This document shows positions 12,285-25,534 of a DNA stretch of 64,000 nt, in pieces. The stretch is taken from assembly GCA_011109175.1 (NCBI GenBank), contig RDEW01000012.1:392762-456761 (forward strand), given 5' to 3'. The notes beneath the pieces are model-generated. The model made no database searches, had not been told where the DNA came from, and saw nothing but the letters and a program-made list of their open reading frames with translations. Both the position numbers and the translations under genes were made by a program. The DNA is from Dicyema japonicum (Eukaryota > Animalia > Dicyemida). How positions within the stretch are numbered: position 1 is the stretch's first letter; the number at the start of each line of letters is the position of its first letter.

Positions 12285-12570
12285 TCCATGTGATGCTTCG
12301 TGGCTAATTGGTTGAAGTTTCTGTTTGTTTGTCTGTTCCTCCTCTCTTTTCCTATTAGAGTGGCGTCATGTGATCCACCTGTCTAGATGGCGCCCAGTGA
12401 TCATTTGCTCTCCCCCACTTCACTGGAGGGATTTCCACAACTGCAAATATGGACGTCTTTTACCCTTTATGCTGATTCCGGATGGACTCTGTAGAAGTGG
12501 GAACTGGATACACTTAATTAGTTGTTTACTTTAACTTCTTTCTCGGTGTATCCGGGGTTAATAAATAAAA
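12285..12570 (+). mobile_element. Short dispersed repeat A (SINE-like or short LINE 3' end); other copies at 14640-14750 (-) and 25265-25535 (+)
   Basis: Near-identical blocks such as CCTATTAGAGTGGCGTCATGTGATCCACCTGTCTA and TTCCACAACTGCAAATATGGA at 12350-12450 and 25330-25450; ends in a hairpin plus AATAAA tail. Confidence 0.85.
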
Positions 12571-12625
12571 TCATTCCCAGCTTAACGTCTCCGCAGCGGC
12601 GCAGGCGTTCCTTATTGGTCCACCC

Positions 12626-14130
12626 GTGAACATAGGGCAAAGTGTGGTTTTTTCTTACAAATGCCACTACGTCGTCGGCGAACCACATGACATTTTTAGA
12701 GAGTTCTTTGAGTCATCTATGATCAGGGACTCACCTTTAACCGACATGTTTAAGAACAAAGTAACTTCTGCTTTAAAGAAAATGAGAATTTTAAAAGTGC
12801 TCTCAAAAACACTTAGAGACCAAACTGGTGGCCTTGCCACGATTTATAAACAATTTATCGGACCAACGATGACGTATGCAAGTCTTTCATGGGCAATGCA
12901 GATGTCACGATCCTCATTGAAACTATCCGCAATCGAGGAGACTGCAATACGGATAATTGGACCAGAACACAAAATCCAGCCCATTGAAAATTTCTTAATC
13001 GAATTACAGCGGAAACTCTTAAAAGAGGCTAGTTTACAGAACTGCACTCTATTCCATACAGTGTATGGACTATCGAAATATCTACAATCATGCAGAAATT
13101 TTGAGCCGATGTCAAGTCCAATAAAAAGAGCTGTTCAGGATTCTTGACCCCGCCGGAGTCGTCCTTTCCCTTGTCGGGCTGGGATCACTTAGTTGAGAAC
13201 TTTTATTTCTTTCTCTTTGGCCCAGTGATCCTGGGGGTAATAATAATTCGGCTTTTTCCTAATTGTGTTCCCCAAGGATCCTTTTTTTCTCCAGTCTTAT
13301 TCAATCTATACATGGCGGACCTCCCCACACAGGATGCCGAAAATGATATTATTCTGACTTATGCCGACGACATTGTAATTGCCTAACGTGATCAAGACAT
13401 CCAGATAGCCACTTCGAGATTGCATCAAAATCTGGCTATCGAAGAATCGCCTAGCTGTCAGCAGTGAAAAGTTCGTCACAACCCTATGACTTTTTGAGAA
13501 CGTCATTACAAAATGCGAAAAGAAAACTAATGTCTTGAAATGTCTATGGACAAACAATACATTGAAATATGCATCTCTTATGCATTTGATATCTGAGGCC
13601 CATTCATCTCTTGGACAAATTTTAAGATCGAAGCTAGTCGAAAAGAGCCTTCAAAATCAAGGAACGCTGGATTTCTGGAGAGTTTCACCCACCAATGCCT
13701 CTTGAAGCCATGATACGAATAAACCATGGAACGCGCTGTCATGACGTGCTTTTGTGGGGTCGAGGGAAAAGCATCGGGCCAAATTGAGGTCCCTGCTAGA
13801 TCGTGCTAGGATCACGTGATTAGTTAGTTTGTGTAACCTTGGTCTCTGGTGTTATTATCATTATCCCACAGAAGTTGAAAAGGGATCTTCCTACCATCTC
13901 CCTGACCAAATCCTCTGGTGAAGATTACATTATAAAAAACTATTCCGCCAAAGAATGATGTGATATCCGCGACGGTAGGACGTGTGACGAATATGGAAAA
14001 GGGCGGTTCTACTTCTCTACCTCTCATCGGAAGCCTGTAATGTACTATTGGAAGATGGATTTGGTCGACACAAGCAGATGTTCTCCCTTTGGTTCTTTTC
14101 TTGGATTAGTTATGACTTTGTTAATGTTTT
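12626..14130 (+). mobile_element. Mosaic of APE-LINE fragments: post-RT region, RT core, 3' end, second RT fragment
   Basis: IYKQFIGPTMTYAS; VPQGSFFSPVLFNLYMADL...TYADDI; hairpin and tail at 13800-13865. 13870-14130 matches 31490-31720 in inverted orientation. Confidence 0.8.
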
Positions 14131-14419
14131 CCCTTTGGTTCTTTTCTTGGATTAGTTATGACTTACCGTTGTAAGCTTGGGGTTAATAATAATAATAACA
14201 TCCCAAGACCACGGTAAAAAACGAGCCATCACGTGATCCAAAGTCCTCAGTTTCTTATTTGAAGTCACAGGATCTTGGTGAATTGTAATATGGAGAGAGT
14301 AGTGAGGACGTCCGACACCAACTCCCAAGAAGTAAGCTTCTATAGCATTGTTTGTCGTAGCTGCTTGATCCATTCTTAGGATAGTCCAAATAACTTCCAC
14401 CTCTCCCTGTCTAACTTTT

Positions 14420-14640
14420 TTGATTCAACATTTCTTTCAGACAAAAAATTTCAGATGTCATCCAGTCGTTTTTTGAAGCACAATAAATGTTTCTACATCC
14501 CTCACCGTTGAATTTCTTATACATCGGAGTGATTTTACCTCCCAATCAATTAAGCTTTTAACTTTTCTCCCAGAGCACTGCAATGGAGGGATGTGACTGT
14601 TTTACAAAATTTTTTGATACAATTATCATTTGATGCAAAA
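14420..14640 (-). mobile_element. pogo/Tigger transposase remnant
   Basis: SALGEKLK...RCIRN and KNDWMTSEIF match pogo DDE-1 motifs and the copy at 28359. Confidence 0.6.
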
Positions 14641-14789
14641 AAAGAAAAAAGTAAACAACTAATCAAGTGAATCCAGTTTCCACTGTTACAGAAACAGTCC
14701 TTCAATGTCACACAAGTCCATCCGGAACCAGCATAAAAGCTAAAGACTCCATTCTAATCGATATTATTTTTCGGAATTATTTTTGATTT

Positions 14790-16140
14790 ATTTCAAAATG
14801 ATAAAAACAAAACATCAGTTAGATGCCGCCCTCACTGCTTGGCTGTTCCATCTCAGAATTGCGAGCGAAATTCGCTCAAACAGCCTGCGGCGTTCCCGGA
14901 GATCTCCAGTGGATGAGGTGATCCGGTTTCCAAGACGTCCGAAAAACTCTAGTGTAGAAGGGGGATAGGATCCGGAAGTCTCCATAGCAAGGGGAACAAA
15001 TTGAACATTATCGGGAAGGTCGCCGTATTTTTCGAGTTTGGCCTTCTTCGCCTTGACGGCTGCAGAGCAGGCTCTTGAAGCGCACTCGTGAAGATTGTTC
15101 GGGGCAAACGTGTCTGTACATGTCACGTCCCAAACAAGTGGTTTCCCTTCTTCAAAGGAAATATGGTCATCCCGTCCGGACGTTTCCCGTTACTTCTGCA
15201 TAACCCGACCGGTTCAAGAATGGCCGAGTATCCAGCAGCATCCATAGCCCGCTTGACAATCTCATTCTTGTGCCTTAGAGATCTGCCAGCGCTCTTCTTG
15301 CAGGAGAGAGGGTGCAGGCCATAGCAGTCTATCAGGATGCCACATCGGCACGGGTGAGGTACACATACTTTTAGTCCAAGCCGTAGAGAGATATCACTTC
15401 TAACGCATTCATCATCCAGAAAGGTGCCCAGAAGTTCATTGGGGATGGCGTTTAGCCAAGTTCAGCTTTCAGGGGAAGCCCCCGAAAACAAACAAGCGCG
15501 TCGGTGCTGATTGGCTGATTCCAGTAGGAGTCCAAATGATTTCCAACATAATAAATTGTCCAGGTTTCGCTGGCAGTCTTGTGAAGGAGGCAGGGGGAGG
15601 TTGGTGGCATTCCAGGCTTCTCGTGCGTGGATTATGTCTTGGTCAATTGAGAATTCGGGTAGGCAGTGTAGAATCCTCCTTACCAAAGGTTCGCAGGCCG
15701 TGAGTGAAGACAGATGTGCAAAAAGTGAGACGTCCAAAGTACGACGGATTCTAAGACCCCCAAATCTAACTGGGAGTGTAGCTTGCTTCCATGTAGCATC
15801 GTCGAATTTGACATTAAATGTTTGCTTCGTCGAACTGAGGAAATACAAATCAAAGTGCTCAAGCTGCTCCAGTTGGGAATATTACGGGGCTGTCCTGAGT
15901 AAATAGGCAATTCTCTGAATGTTAAGACTTCTTTTCATGAGGATCGCATTCCTAGTGATCGGGGATCCAATAAAAATCAATTCGTTTTCAGTGGTGGAAA
16001 TCCCATCAGGAAACAAGGATTAAAATTTTGGAACAATTGAAGAGAAGTCATCGTCAGCAAGACCACAGTTTGTTATTTCACATTTCGTTGTATTCAATTC
16101 AAGATTCTCTTCGGACAACGCGGGGATGAGTACTAATCAT
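14790..16140 (-). mobile_element. CRE-clade non-LTR retrotransposon (RLE type), 5'-truncated copy 1
   Basis: QATLPVRFGGLRIR; RPDGMT; TCTDTFAP...KLEKYGDL...FVPLAMETSG...TGDLRE...RISLAILRWN restriction-like endonuclease. Confidence 0.88.
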
Positions 16141-16254
16141 TATTTTGTTCTTTGATCTTCGAAGGTAATCCGAGTGCCATATTGGCTTTAAGGTCTCTTG
16201 CAATCATTATCAATGTTTAATGCGCAAAGCCAGCGTAGACAACTGACAGATAAA

Positions 16255-18640
16255 TAAATTTTATTAAGGAAAGAAAAAAGAGTAAACGGTTATGTAGCGG
16301 CTGCCCTTACTGCGTGGATATTCCCTCTCAGGATGGAGAGCCAGATTCGCTCAAATAACCAGCAGCGCTCACGGGGGTCTCCTGTTCGTGTAGCGACCCG
16401 ATTCCCTAGACGACTCAAGAATTCCAGCGTCGAAGGCGCAAGGGAACCAGACGTCTCAACGGCGAGTGGAACAAACAAAAAATCATTGGCTAGGACCGCG
16501 TACTTTTCCCGTTTCATCCTTGGTAAGAATTCTCGGCCTTCTCAGCGACAGAACAGGGTCCAGAAAAACTCTGGAGTAGGTTCAAAAGGCAAACGTGTCG
16601 GTGCAGGTAACGCCCAAAACAAGAGGTTTCCCGGCTTTAAAAAGGAAGATTGTCATTTCATGGTAGTTACCGACTGGTTCAAGCATGGAAGGGTGTCCGG
16701 CGGCGTCCAAAGCTTGCCTAACGACTTCCTTCAAGGCCATGTGCCTTGGAACAGTCGATCTGATCTCCACATCGACACGGATGTGGAACACAGACTTTTA
16801 ATCCCAGTCGTAATGAGAGCCCAATATGTACGCATTCATCATCCAGGAAAATACCCAGAACTCCATTGGGAATGGCGTTGAGCAAGGCACCGCTCTCGGA
16901 AGACGCCCCGACAACAAACAGGCAAGGAGATGTTGGCTAGATAACACCAGCAAATCTTTGAAACAATTACAACATATAGCATCGTCCAGACACTGCTGAG
17001 AGAATGAGGAAAGCAGGGAAAGCTGATAATGCTGCTCGAGCATGGCGTCCTTGTCAATAGAGAATTCAGGTAGAGAGTGTAGAATCCTCTTGACAAGGGT
17101 GTTACAGTCAATTAGCGACGATAGATATGAAGGGAATTAAAAGTACAGGGTTGCGAATTCCAAGTCCTCCAAGTCTCACTGGCAGCGTGGCTTGCTTCCT
17201 GAGTAATCCTCGAACCAAACGTTGAAGATACGTTCCGCTGTCGTACGGAAGATCCCGTTAAATTCGTGCGAGTTGGTACACAGGGTGAAATAGGGATCAG
17301 TCCTCAGGACATATACGTTGAGACTGTTTTTCAGGAGGAATAATGCTGCATGCATGTCAAGTAGACACAAGTGGTTCAGAGTCCGAATAACAGTCGTTTT
17401 TCACGTATAGCTCTTCCCATTGCATTTATGGTGATTGAGGATTTGAGGAATATAAGTTCTTCATCGGGTGTGGAAATACTTTCAGGCAGTAAATTCCGAA
17501 ACATGACAAAGCTTTTGAATACTTCTCTTCTGACAGTCTGCAATTGTAGATTTCGCATTTAGTGTAATTTTATTCAAGTCCAACTTCCAAAAGTGCAGGA
17601 ATTATCACTTCCAAATCCCAGAAAACAGTATCCCGGGGTCCTCCGAAGACCGCATCATTAGATACCATAGTTTGATGAGCGAGCGCGGAAGCTTACTGAT
17701 TTTCTATATTGCAAAACAATAAGGGTACAAGGGGATCTCCCTGTTGCACTCCGGAATACGAATGGATCAGGTAGTCCTCGAAAAGTAAGGATGAAGGTAA
17801 GCTGTATGACTGATTCACAAATTCGAAAATATCTCTCAACACACGCCTCCAGGATATTGTCCCTCCTTATACTATTAAAGGCGTTTTTGATATCCAGTTT
17901 GACTAGGATATGTCCCCGGGAATCTTCTATAATGTGGTTTATGAATGTCCTCACTGAATGGACAGCGGCCTCGCATCTCAAGCGAATACCGACGCCTATT
18001 TGAGGGGAGTTCAAGAAATTTGTGACGAGTGGAATAGAATGTCTGAAGTCAATTTTAGCATCCAGTCTTCTGAAGACAAACCCGACCGCAACTGGTGTTA
18101 CTCCGCCTCCTTTCTTATCAAAGGCTATCAAATTGGCGAACTCCAGACATGATCCGGTTCATAAATGAAGTAATTGAATTCGTAAGACGAAGTCCCTGGT
18201 CTCCTACGGACAAAGAGGTTGGATCTTTCAGGTAACAGGTCTCATTCTTTTGAGCCCGCCACTGCTACTAGGGGCAAAATTCCGTATTGCGAAGAGAAAT
18301 TCATCGTTTGATGCAATCAGGAGACTCACTCTGGATGGGACTTGGAGTAGGTTTTGGGGTGGCAGTGGATGCTTGTTCAGTAAAATGTTGTAGGGGTCTG
18401 GAGTCTGTTTTCGTGGTCCACTCAAAGAAAAGTGACCTGATGGCTGCGCGGGTGGCACCTTCAATTAACTTCGACCGGACAGTTCTCTTGAGACGGAGCA
18501 CTTCGACTTCCTCGTTCTTACCACGTGTCTCCCTCGTACGGTTATAAGCCATCGGACAACTAGGGATGTGGATACCTCCCAAAAAAGAACGAATGTTGGT
18601 TCTCATGGTGTTAGCGAGAGACTCCTTTCCGTGACCATCT
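16255..18640 (-). mobile_element. CRE-clade element copy 2 (RT + RLE), degraded
   Basis: GVTPVAVGFVFRRL, QIGVGI...CEAAVH, LVKLDIKNAFNSIRR; C-terminus FVPLAVETSG...TGDPRE...ILRGN. Confidence 0.9.
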
Positions 18641-18649
18641 CGATGACAG

Positions 18650-19000
18650 ATTAGTATAAAAGTCTACAACCTCATTGAGATTATTATTAAGCCATCCATA
18701 GTGGGGGTATATGTGTTTATGATGGTTAGTAACTCTTGTTGGGTTAAGATTGTCCAATTTTTGGTGATATCCCAATTCTGACATTTACACTCCAATAACG
18801 GTAAATTCTCCTGGCTAAGCCATTCCTTACAGCGAATTCCAGTCCATAGTACCTGAATCCGCGTTCTTTTATCTCTGATTAATTTTGTCTCTTGAATACA
18901 TCCGAACGATAATTTATATCTTGAAATTAAACAAGTTTCTTTGTGTGTGTCTCCATTTCTCTTCGAGTGAGTTATTCAATCGTCTTATTTCTGTCCGTTT
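18650..19000 (-). mobile_element. RTE endonuclease remnant
   Basis: YYGLEFAVRNGL and TIINTYTPT resemble the RTE at 9500-9650. Confidence 0.5.
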
Positions 19001-20559
19001 CTGTTTTTTCCCTGTTCACGGTGAGAAACCATTTCCCAAGTAAATCTGGTGCATCTACATAATAAATACTAATTATTTAAACTAATAATTAAAAATTAAA
19101 TTTAAATTAATAAAACGTTCCAACATGGATGAATTTAGAACAGACGACCTAAACAGCTACATAGATAGTGACGACGGATATTATGAGGAGAGTTTACATT
19201 TATAAATAATTCAAGCTGCATTGAGTATTCATGGACTACTAACATAGCCGTCCCTATTAAAAACGTAAATTTGCTTGTAATATCAGATGAATTCACTCAT
19301 GGTTATCCTCCATTGCATTTTCTTAGGTTTTGTGGAAAATTGCTACAAATTTGACCATTGTTAAAGCCAGCATTGAGTGCATTCTTAATGGAGCGTCAAA
19401 AATAGGGCAGACGTGTCTGGCAAAGAGAGAATCTTTAAAGTATGGTTGTTCGGTTACTTCAGGGCTGCATCTGTTTATAGTATCGACGAAATTCGAATTA
19501 TTTGATATTTACAAAACCAGGGTTGATTCCACTAGAACGTGTTGTCCCTTTCGTAGAAAAGGTATAATATATTTGGATTCATTACTGTAAAATAAATTTA
19601 ATAAATATTTTAAAATTATAATTTAATAATAGATTTTGTCGTTCTTTACTGATGTTAAATCCATCACATTATTGCACAGTGAATCCCTGTCCTCTTATCG
19701 TCAAGAAAATGATGATTTCTACTTACCGAATGACCACAAGGGATTCACGTGCTCAGTATTTACTGATGCTTGTTGCAAAACAAATTCAGGGCTGTGTGAC
19801 TAAACTTTCTTTCCCAAATTTAATTTACGGGAATACCTGCTCAGTGTTGTGTTATTGACTTTAAATAAGTTATGACGTCATCACAAATAGGCGGGATTTC
19901 GGGGAGTCTTTATGTTTTTGTTTTGTTAACAAGAGAATACCCTCTGTTGTAGATTTTGATGACTTTGTTGCCATTTTGGAGGAATTTTTTCGGAGTACTT
20001 ATTGTATGAGTATTATTTGTGATTGCAGGGACAGGAAGAAAGGAGGAAGAGACTGACAGCTTATTTTGAGAGAATTGGTGACCCCTCTATTTACATTTAG
20101 TTCTATTTCATGTTTTATAGGACCTTAATTTATTATTCTGTTGTCGATAATTGTGGCATGTAAAGTCTTCGATAAGTATTTGACAACAGTCACATTGACA
20201 ATCCTATACTCTAGGATAGGCCAATCCTTACAATTATTAAGGGATTGAACTCTGGGTTTCTTGAGTTCAGCATAAGCATGTGCTGGGTATTGCTTACAAT
20301 TGATACGCCAACCTTTTAACCAATATTCTGTTTTGACTTTAAGGTTGGGGAGAACTGATCTAGACAATCCAGAACTTCTAGCATTGAGGGCGCAATCAAC
20401 TGGATGTCTTAACTGCGATTTACTAACAAAATATCATCGGGTAGGACCGCTATTTTGCCTTCTGGAGGCAGATCAGGCTCTAGAGGTACTTTGATGTAGG
20501 TTGCTATGAGAATGTGTTGGTGCAGGTGAAGTCACAAACAAGAGGTTTTTCGTCTTAAA

Positions 20560-21540
20560 AGGGGAAGGTGGTCATCCCAAAAAAACATGGAAACGAAATG
20601 GAAAATGGTTACAATCAAAGATGGATAGATGAAGCATCAAAAGTGGACATACAAAACCAGTCCTTCTGGAAGATCTACAAGATTGTCCTGAATAATCCTG
20701 TTGGGGTGCACGTACTCTCTTGAAAATTTTCGAAGCTGTATTCAAGAATCAACTGGAGAATGTATTCAAGACTCCTATCTAAACTGGTGTCAGAAAATGT
20801 TCCGAGATACCTTATTTTTATGGTTTAAGGATTTCCTTACGGGGAGAAAGTCCCAAGTCAGAGTTGGAGGATTCATATCAGAGGAGATCTCATTTGCAAG
20901 AGACGTACCACAGAACTCTGTCATGAGTCTGATCCTTTTTAACATCTTCATGTCGGATTTTCCAATCTCACCGGATCATAACTCAAAACTACTCATCTAC
21001 AAAGATTATATGCTAATAGTGGACATGTCTGGCAAGTCATCTTTTATCAGAAAGGAGACTTGGGTAATACATTAAGTATGTTCAAGGCTGGTGCTACCGA
21101 TGAAGATGAAGCTCTTAACGGAAAAGTCGAACTCCTTAATAAATAGTCGTACAATAGTAATTGGGGATACAAGGAATAATTAGTCGCATCATGAAGGCTC
21201 ATTTCTTGAGGATGTTAAACTAAGAAGAAAAAGAGCGCTACAAGCACTCTTAAGTACGGCTCCAGGCCTCAGTGTCATAGTCAGTAGAGATTTCAATGAT
21301 GGAGTATAGAATCCTTTTTTAAAAGTTATCGCATCCCTTCGAATTCCCACTGACCTTGTTTGACCAAATCTGACCCTTGTTTCATGAAGCTTCCCCAAAC
21401 TGGACATTGAAAATACTCTGTCGTTGAGCGTAAGATCCAGTTATGTATGTCACATTGGGTAAAATAGGCAAGCCTCTGTATGTTGAGTCTGCTTTTTAGA
21501 AGGAATAGTGAGGTGTGCAGGTCACGTAAAATTAAAACAT
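20560..21540 (+). mobile_element. Degraded APE-LINE RT fragment, related to the 39711-43704 element
   Basis: FLWFKDFLTGRKSQVRVGG...DVPQNSVMSLILFNIFMSDFP parallels 42830-42980. Confidence 0.8.
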
Positions 21541-21559
21541 CCGAAGTTTCTTTAAGTAG

Positions 21560-22240
21560 TAGTTGCCGTCATGTAGAACTCTCCCATTGTACAATAGTAA
21601 TTGGGGATACAAGGAACGGTTATTGAAAATCCAAAATTTCGCACTTCCATATTCAGTTTTAGACCAGCTTCAGATAAGGCAGATATCAAAACTTCCAGAT
21701 CGCGGAAGACCGTCTCCGGAGGTCCTTCAAAGACTACACCGTCAAGGTACCAGATGTTTAGAAGACATCGAGGAAGTTTGGTACTTTTCTCTTTGTCAGG
21801 GAAGAAAAGAAGAGGTCTTAGTGGGTCACCTGTTATAGGAATACGAGAAGAGATTGCTTTCGAAGATGTCGGGACATCTTTCATTACAGACCTCCAGAAT
21901 ATAGTTTTTTCTCAAATTGATTCGTTCTTATGTCCAATTTGATGAGAATATGGTTCTCGGAATCTTCAATACTGCGGTTTGTGAAAATACGAACAAATTG
22001 AACTGCAGCCTCACATCCGAGATGTATAGACGGACTTAGGAACTTTGACACTGAAGAATCGATGTTTGTGAGAGCGCGAGAAATACTTTTTCATAGTCCG
22101 ACGCAGTAATGGCAAAGTCATACTTCAAGTAAGCGGACTGCGGTTTGAGTTTACCACCTGAGATGGAAGTAGCCAACTCAAGCTGAACTGGAGATTTCAT
22201 GCATTTTTATCCCTGAGATAAGTCACTTTTTATAAAATAA
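21560..22240 (-). mobile_element. CRE-clade RT fragment (copy 3)
   Basis: GCEAAVQ, ILIKLDI, LNIWYLDG...GPPETVFRDL...GLKLN. Confidence 0.75.
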
Positions 22241-22329
22241 TCAATTTTATAAAAAAGCATTTGTCTTTGATATTTGACATTACGCCTTTGATCAGCCCAG
22301 TATCACGAGAAAGAGGATAAGTATCGAGT

Positions 22330-23680
22330 TATCGTCTATTTAAGTTATCCCGGGGTTCATACCAGTCCTCTACCTGCGTTTTGTTTTGGAGTCCTGGATT
22401 AATCTCTACAACGAGGAAGGTTACTTTTCGGCAGGCGTCCAGATGTAGTTTGATGTCCGGTCCGAGGAGCTGGTCAGGGGACTTTGCCATCTTGAGGAAG
22501 TCACGGTGGCGTTCCGTAAGGTATTCCATGATTGGAGGGACGTTTAGTTTTCTCCGTAATCACGATGAGGCATCTTGTTCGACAATCTCAATAATATTCT
22601 GAAACATCAGTTTTGTAACGCTTACAGCTTTCTCTGTGGCGATAGTGATAAGGGGGCAATCCATGCAGGATGGGCGTATTTGATACTCGGTAGAACAATT
22701 GTTTGGATAGAAGCTATAACGATCGGCGGAAAGTGCGTAATAGCCTTGAGAATTTAAATTTTCTTTTGGATCTTCGTGGTTACCAGATCTTCTTGATGAG
22801 TGAATGAAGGAGAAGATCCAGGATGACTCCAAGGATTGAAAGGGTATTCTTAATGGAGATAGAGGAATCATATAATTTTATTTCTGGCGTTGCCGTATCT
22901 CTTTTTGTGATGAGGTAAACGTCGTTACCTCGTGTGGATTTGGGGTATTCAGGGTGTCCGAAATGAATCGGACCAGTTTTGTTAAATGCTGTTGTTGAGT
23001 GTCCTTCGCGGAGTCTGTGCAGAAAAGATGGTAGAGTTACGAAAGGACGGATCTTGAGAATTTGCTTCTCTTCAGAATAGAGTTTATCAGAGATTTCTTC
23101 CATATTAACGGAATCTTGTTCTCGTTTATTGAGAGATTAAAATTTGTGTTATTGCCATCGTCGCGGAAAGACCCATGTGCTTCAGTTCGAGAACGGATAT
23201 GTCTTCTGAACCATGGGACGACGAGTTATTCGTTTTCTTGAATGGACTATTAGCGGGTTAAAGAAAGTCATGTAGAACATTTATTCTTTCGAGCATGACC
23301 TGAACGAAGATCCAGGTCTTTTGAATATAATTTACGGCTAATATTCACATATTGCTTCGTAAGGTCATTGACCTGGCTCTTGATGTTGTTGGTCAGCATA
23401 CCATTGAAAACTCTTGGCGTTTAGGTCACCACCAATTAGCGTGTTTTCCAACCGAGTGAATCGCTTGAGTTCGGGGCCATAGCCGCCGGGGCATGACGGT
23501 GGATGGGTGTGTGCATATTACAACTGTTATTAGGAGAGAGAATGTGGGGATTTACAGAGTTGGTTGTTCCAGTGTGTCGTCCTGGGAAAGAGGGAAATTA
23601 TCCGAAATAATGCTGGCAGTATACGGTTCTGATTATCTTAATAAGGCCTCCTCCCCTTCCGTGACTTCTGTCTAGTCACA
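22330..23680 (-). mobile_element. Degraded APE-LINE ORF1-end and endonuclease fragment
   Basis: Zinc-knuckle remnant NCNMH near 23500-23560; EN-like FGHPEYPKSTRGNDVYLITK. Confidence 0.55.
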
Positions 23681-24139
23681 AAACTGAGTACGACGGAAAG
23701 TTGGGGGTTGGTCGCTTTGGGTTTAGTTTTGTCTCTTGAAAAAGAGCTATATCAACTGAATGTTTGACGAGAAAGCTTTATAGTCCGGAAATTTTCTTCC
23801 GGATACAATTAATGTTAACTTGCACGATGAGGAGATCTGGTATTTTTCTCGAAAAGCAGGATCCGACACCATCAAGGTGGAGGAAACAGTGAAAGCATAT
23901 ATACAAACGTTTATACTCCGGAAGACTATGGAGAGTATGCAGACTGAGGAGAAGCATGGAGTATCGATGCCTGGTGAGGAGAAAGATGTCTCAATTTTTT
24001 ATTTATTTAAAACCCAAGACCACGGTGAAACCAAACTAACTATCACGTGATCCCGATGCGCTCCGCCAAATTCTCATTCTGAATGTAGGGTGTGGGTCAA
24101 GTGAACACCTTTTAATTTATTTAAATTTTTTTTAATACA

Positions 24140-25265
24140 AAAAATTTATTTGGATATATTTATCAACCAGACAAAAATACCTTTCACAAAGAAACTGAAA
24201 ATCTTGGGGATCATTTTCGACACACACATGTCCTCTTTATCTCACGTCGACGCTGTCTCTGGAAGCTGGTCAAGAAAGCTAGGGATAATCAAAACTATTT
24301 TCAGTGGCATTAAAACCCTTTTCCCAGCTTTGAAATTGTTGTAAACAATTAATTGAGCCATCTGTCAGCTATGCCCGTACGTCATGGGGAATCAATCTGT
24401 CATGGACGAACAAAGAATCCGCGACATTCAGGCCTTAACAGCCACTACTACTAGTATTCTCGGGAAACTAGAAAAACTAATACCCCCATCACTTGAAGAC
24501 CTTATCAGACAAAATGGAAAGGGATTTGCTACCCTGTGCAAGCAGTGCAACTCTCAACAATACACAGCCACGACGTGTCTTATGAGAAGGGTATACATCA
24601 CCCCTCTCCAATTCTTATTCCCGAAATCACTCTGCCCACAGAGAAGTTGTGTTGGATCCCAGAAGGCGCACGAGGAGAAAATGAGAATTCTGAGTAAGGC
24701 CTTCGAGATCACTTAATTTAGTAGTTAAATTAACTATTTGTGTTCTTGGGTTAATAATAATAATAAATGTGCAATGAGCTAGGAAACCCATTCAGAGAGA
24801 GGGTGGTTCATGCGAAGGAATTCAGATCGCCATTAAAAAAGTTCACTCCGATAGAATTCCTCTGCAGAAATAAAAGACACTTCAGAAACGCTTTTGGTTC
24901 ACTGACGGAGCATTCGAAGAGAATTCGAGAGATGTTGGAGGCTGGGATCACTTAATTTATCAAGTTAATTCTTTCTTGGTGGTCTTGGGGTTAAATAAAT
25001 AAATTTCCGCAAAAATGGAAAGGGTTTCGTAGCCCTTCGAAAACTGAAGTGCCTACCACAGAAAGACCATCCCACTTCTAAAAGCAAAAAGAGAAAATAC
25101 ATCACGCCAAAGGAATATATGGGAAGCACTGCCTCCCGCCCAATCCGTAGCTGTGCTGGATCAAAAGTCCAACAACAGGAAAGTTGAGGAGCTTCTTCAG
25201 TGTTGTCGGAATCACCTAATTAATTAATTCTTTTAATTAACTGTTGCTGATTTTGGGTTATAAAA
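24140..25265 (+). mobile_element. Three consecutive LINE 3' ends, head to tail (24140-24765, 24766-24995, 25000-25265)
   Basis: KILGIIFDTHM...; each unit ends with GATCAC, a stop codon, then TTGGGTT and a TAA/AATAAA tail. Confidence 0.85.
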
Positions 25266-25534
25266 AATGCTACGTGGTTAATTGGTTGAAGTTTTCTGTT
25301 TGTTTTGTCTGTTCCTCCTCATTTTTCCTATTAGAGTGGCGTCATGTGATCCACCTGTCTAAGTGGCGCACAGTATCAGGCTGGCACGAAAAAGGATCAT
25401 TTGCTCTCCCCACTCAACTGGAAGGTTTCCACAACTGCAAATATGGATGTCTTTTCCCCTTTATGTTGATTCCGGATGGACTCTGTTTTTTAGCAGTGGA
25501 AACTTGATGCATTTAACTAGTTTATTTATTTATT

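Noticed and set aside
14250-14400. MULE transposase remnant (TTNNAIEAY)
   Set aside because: One short motif only; not enough support to call.
19050-20100. Host gene in short ORFs 19330-19858
   Set aside because: No motif or consistent splice model; probably decayed repeat.
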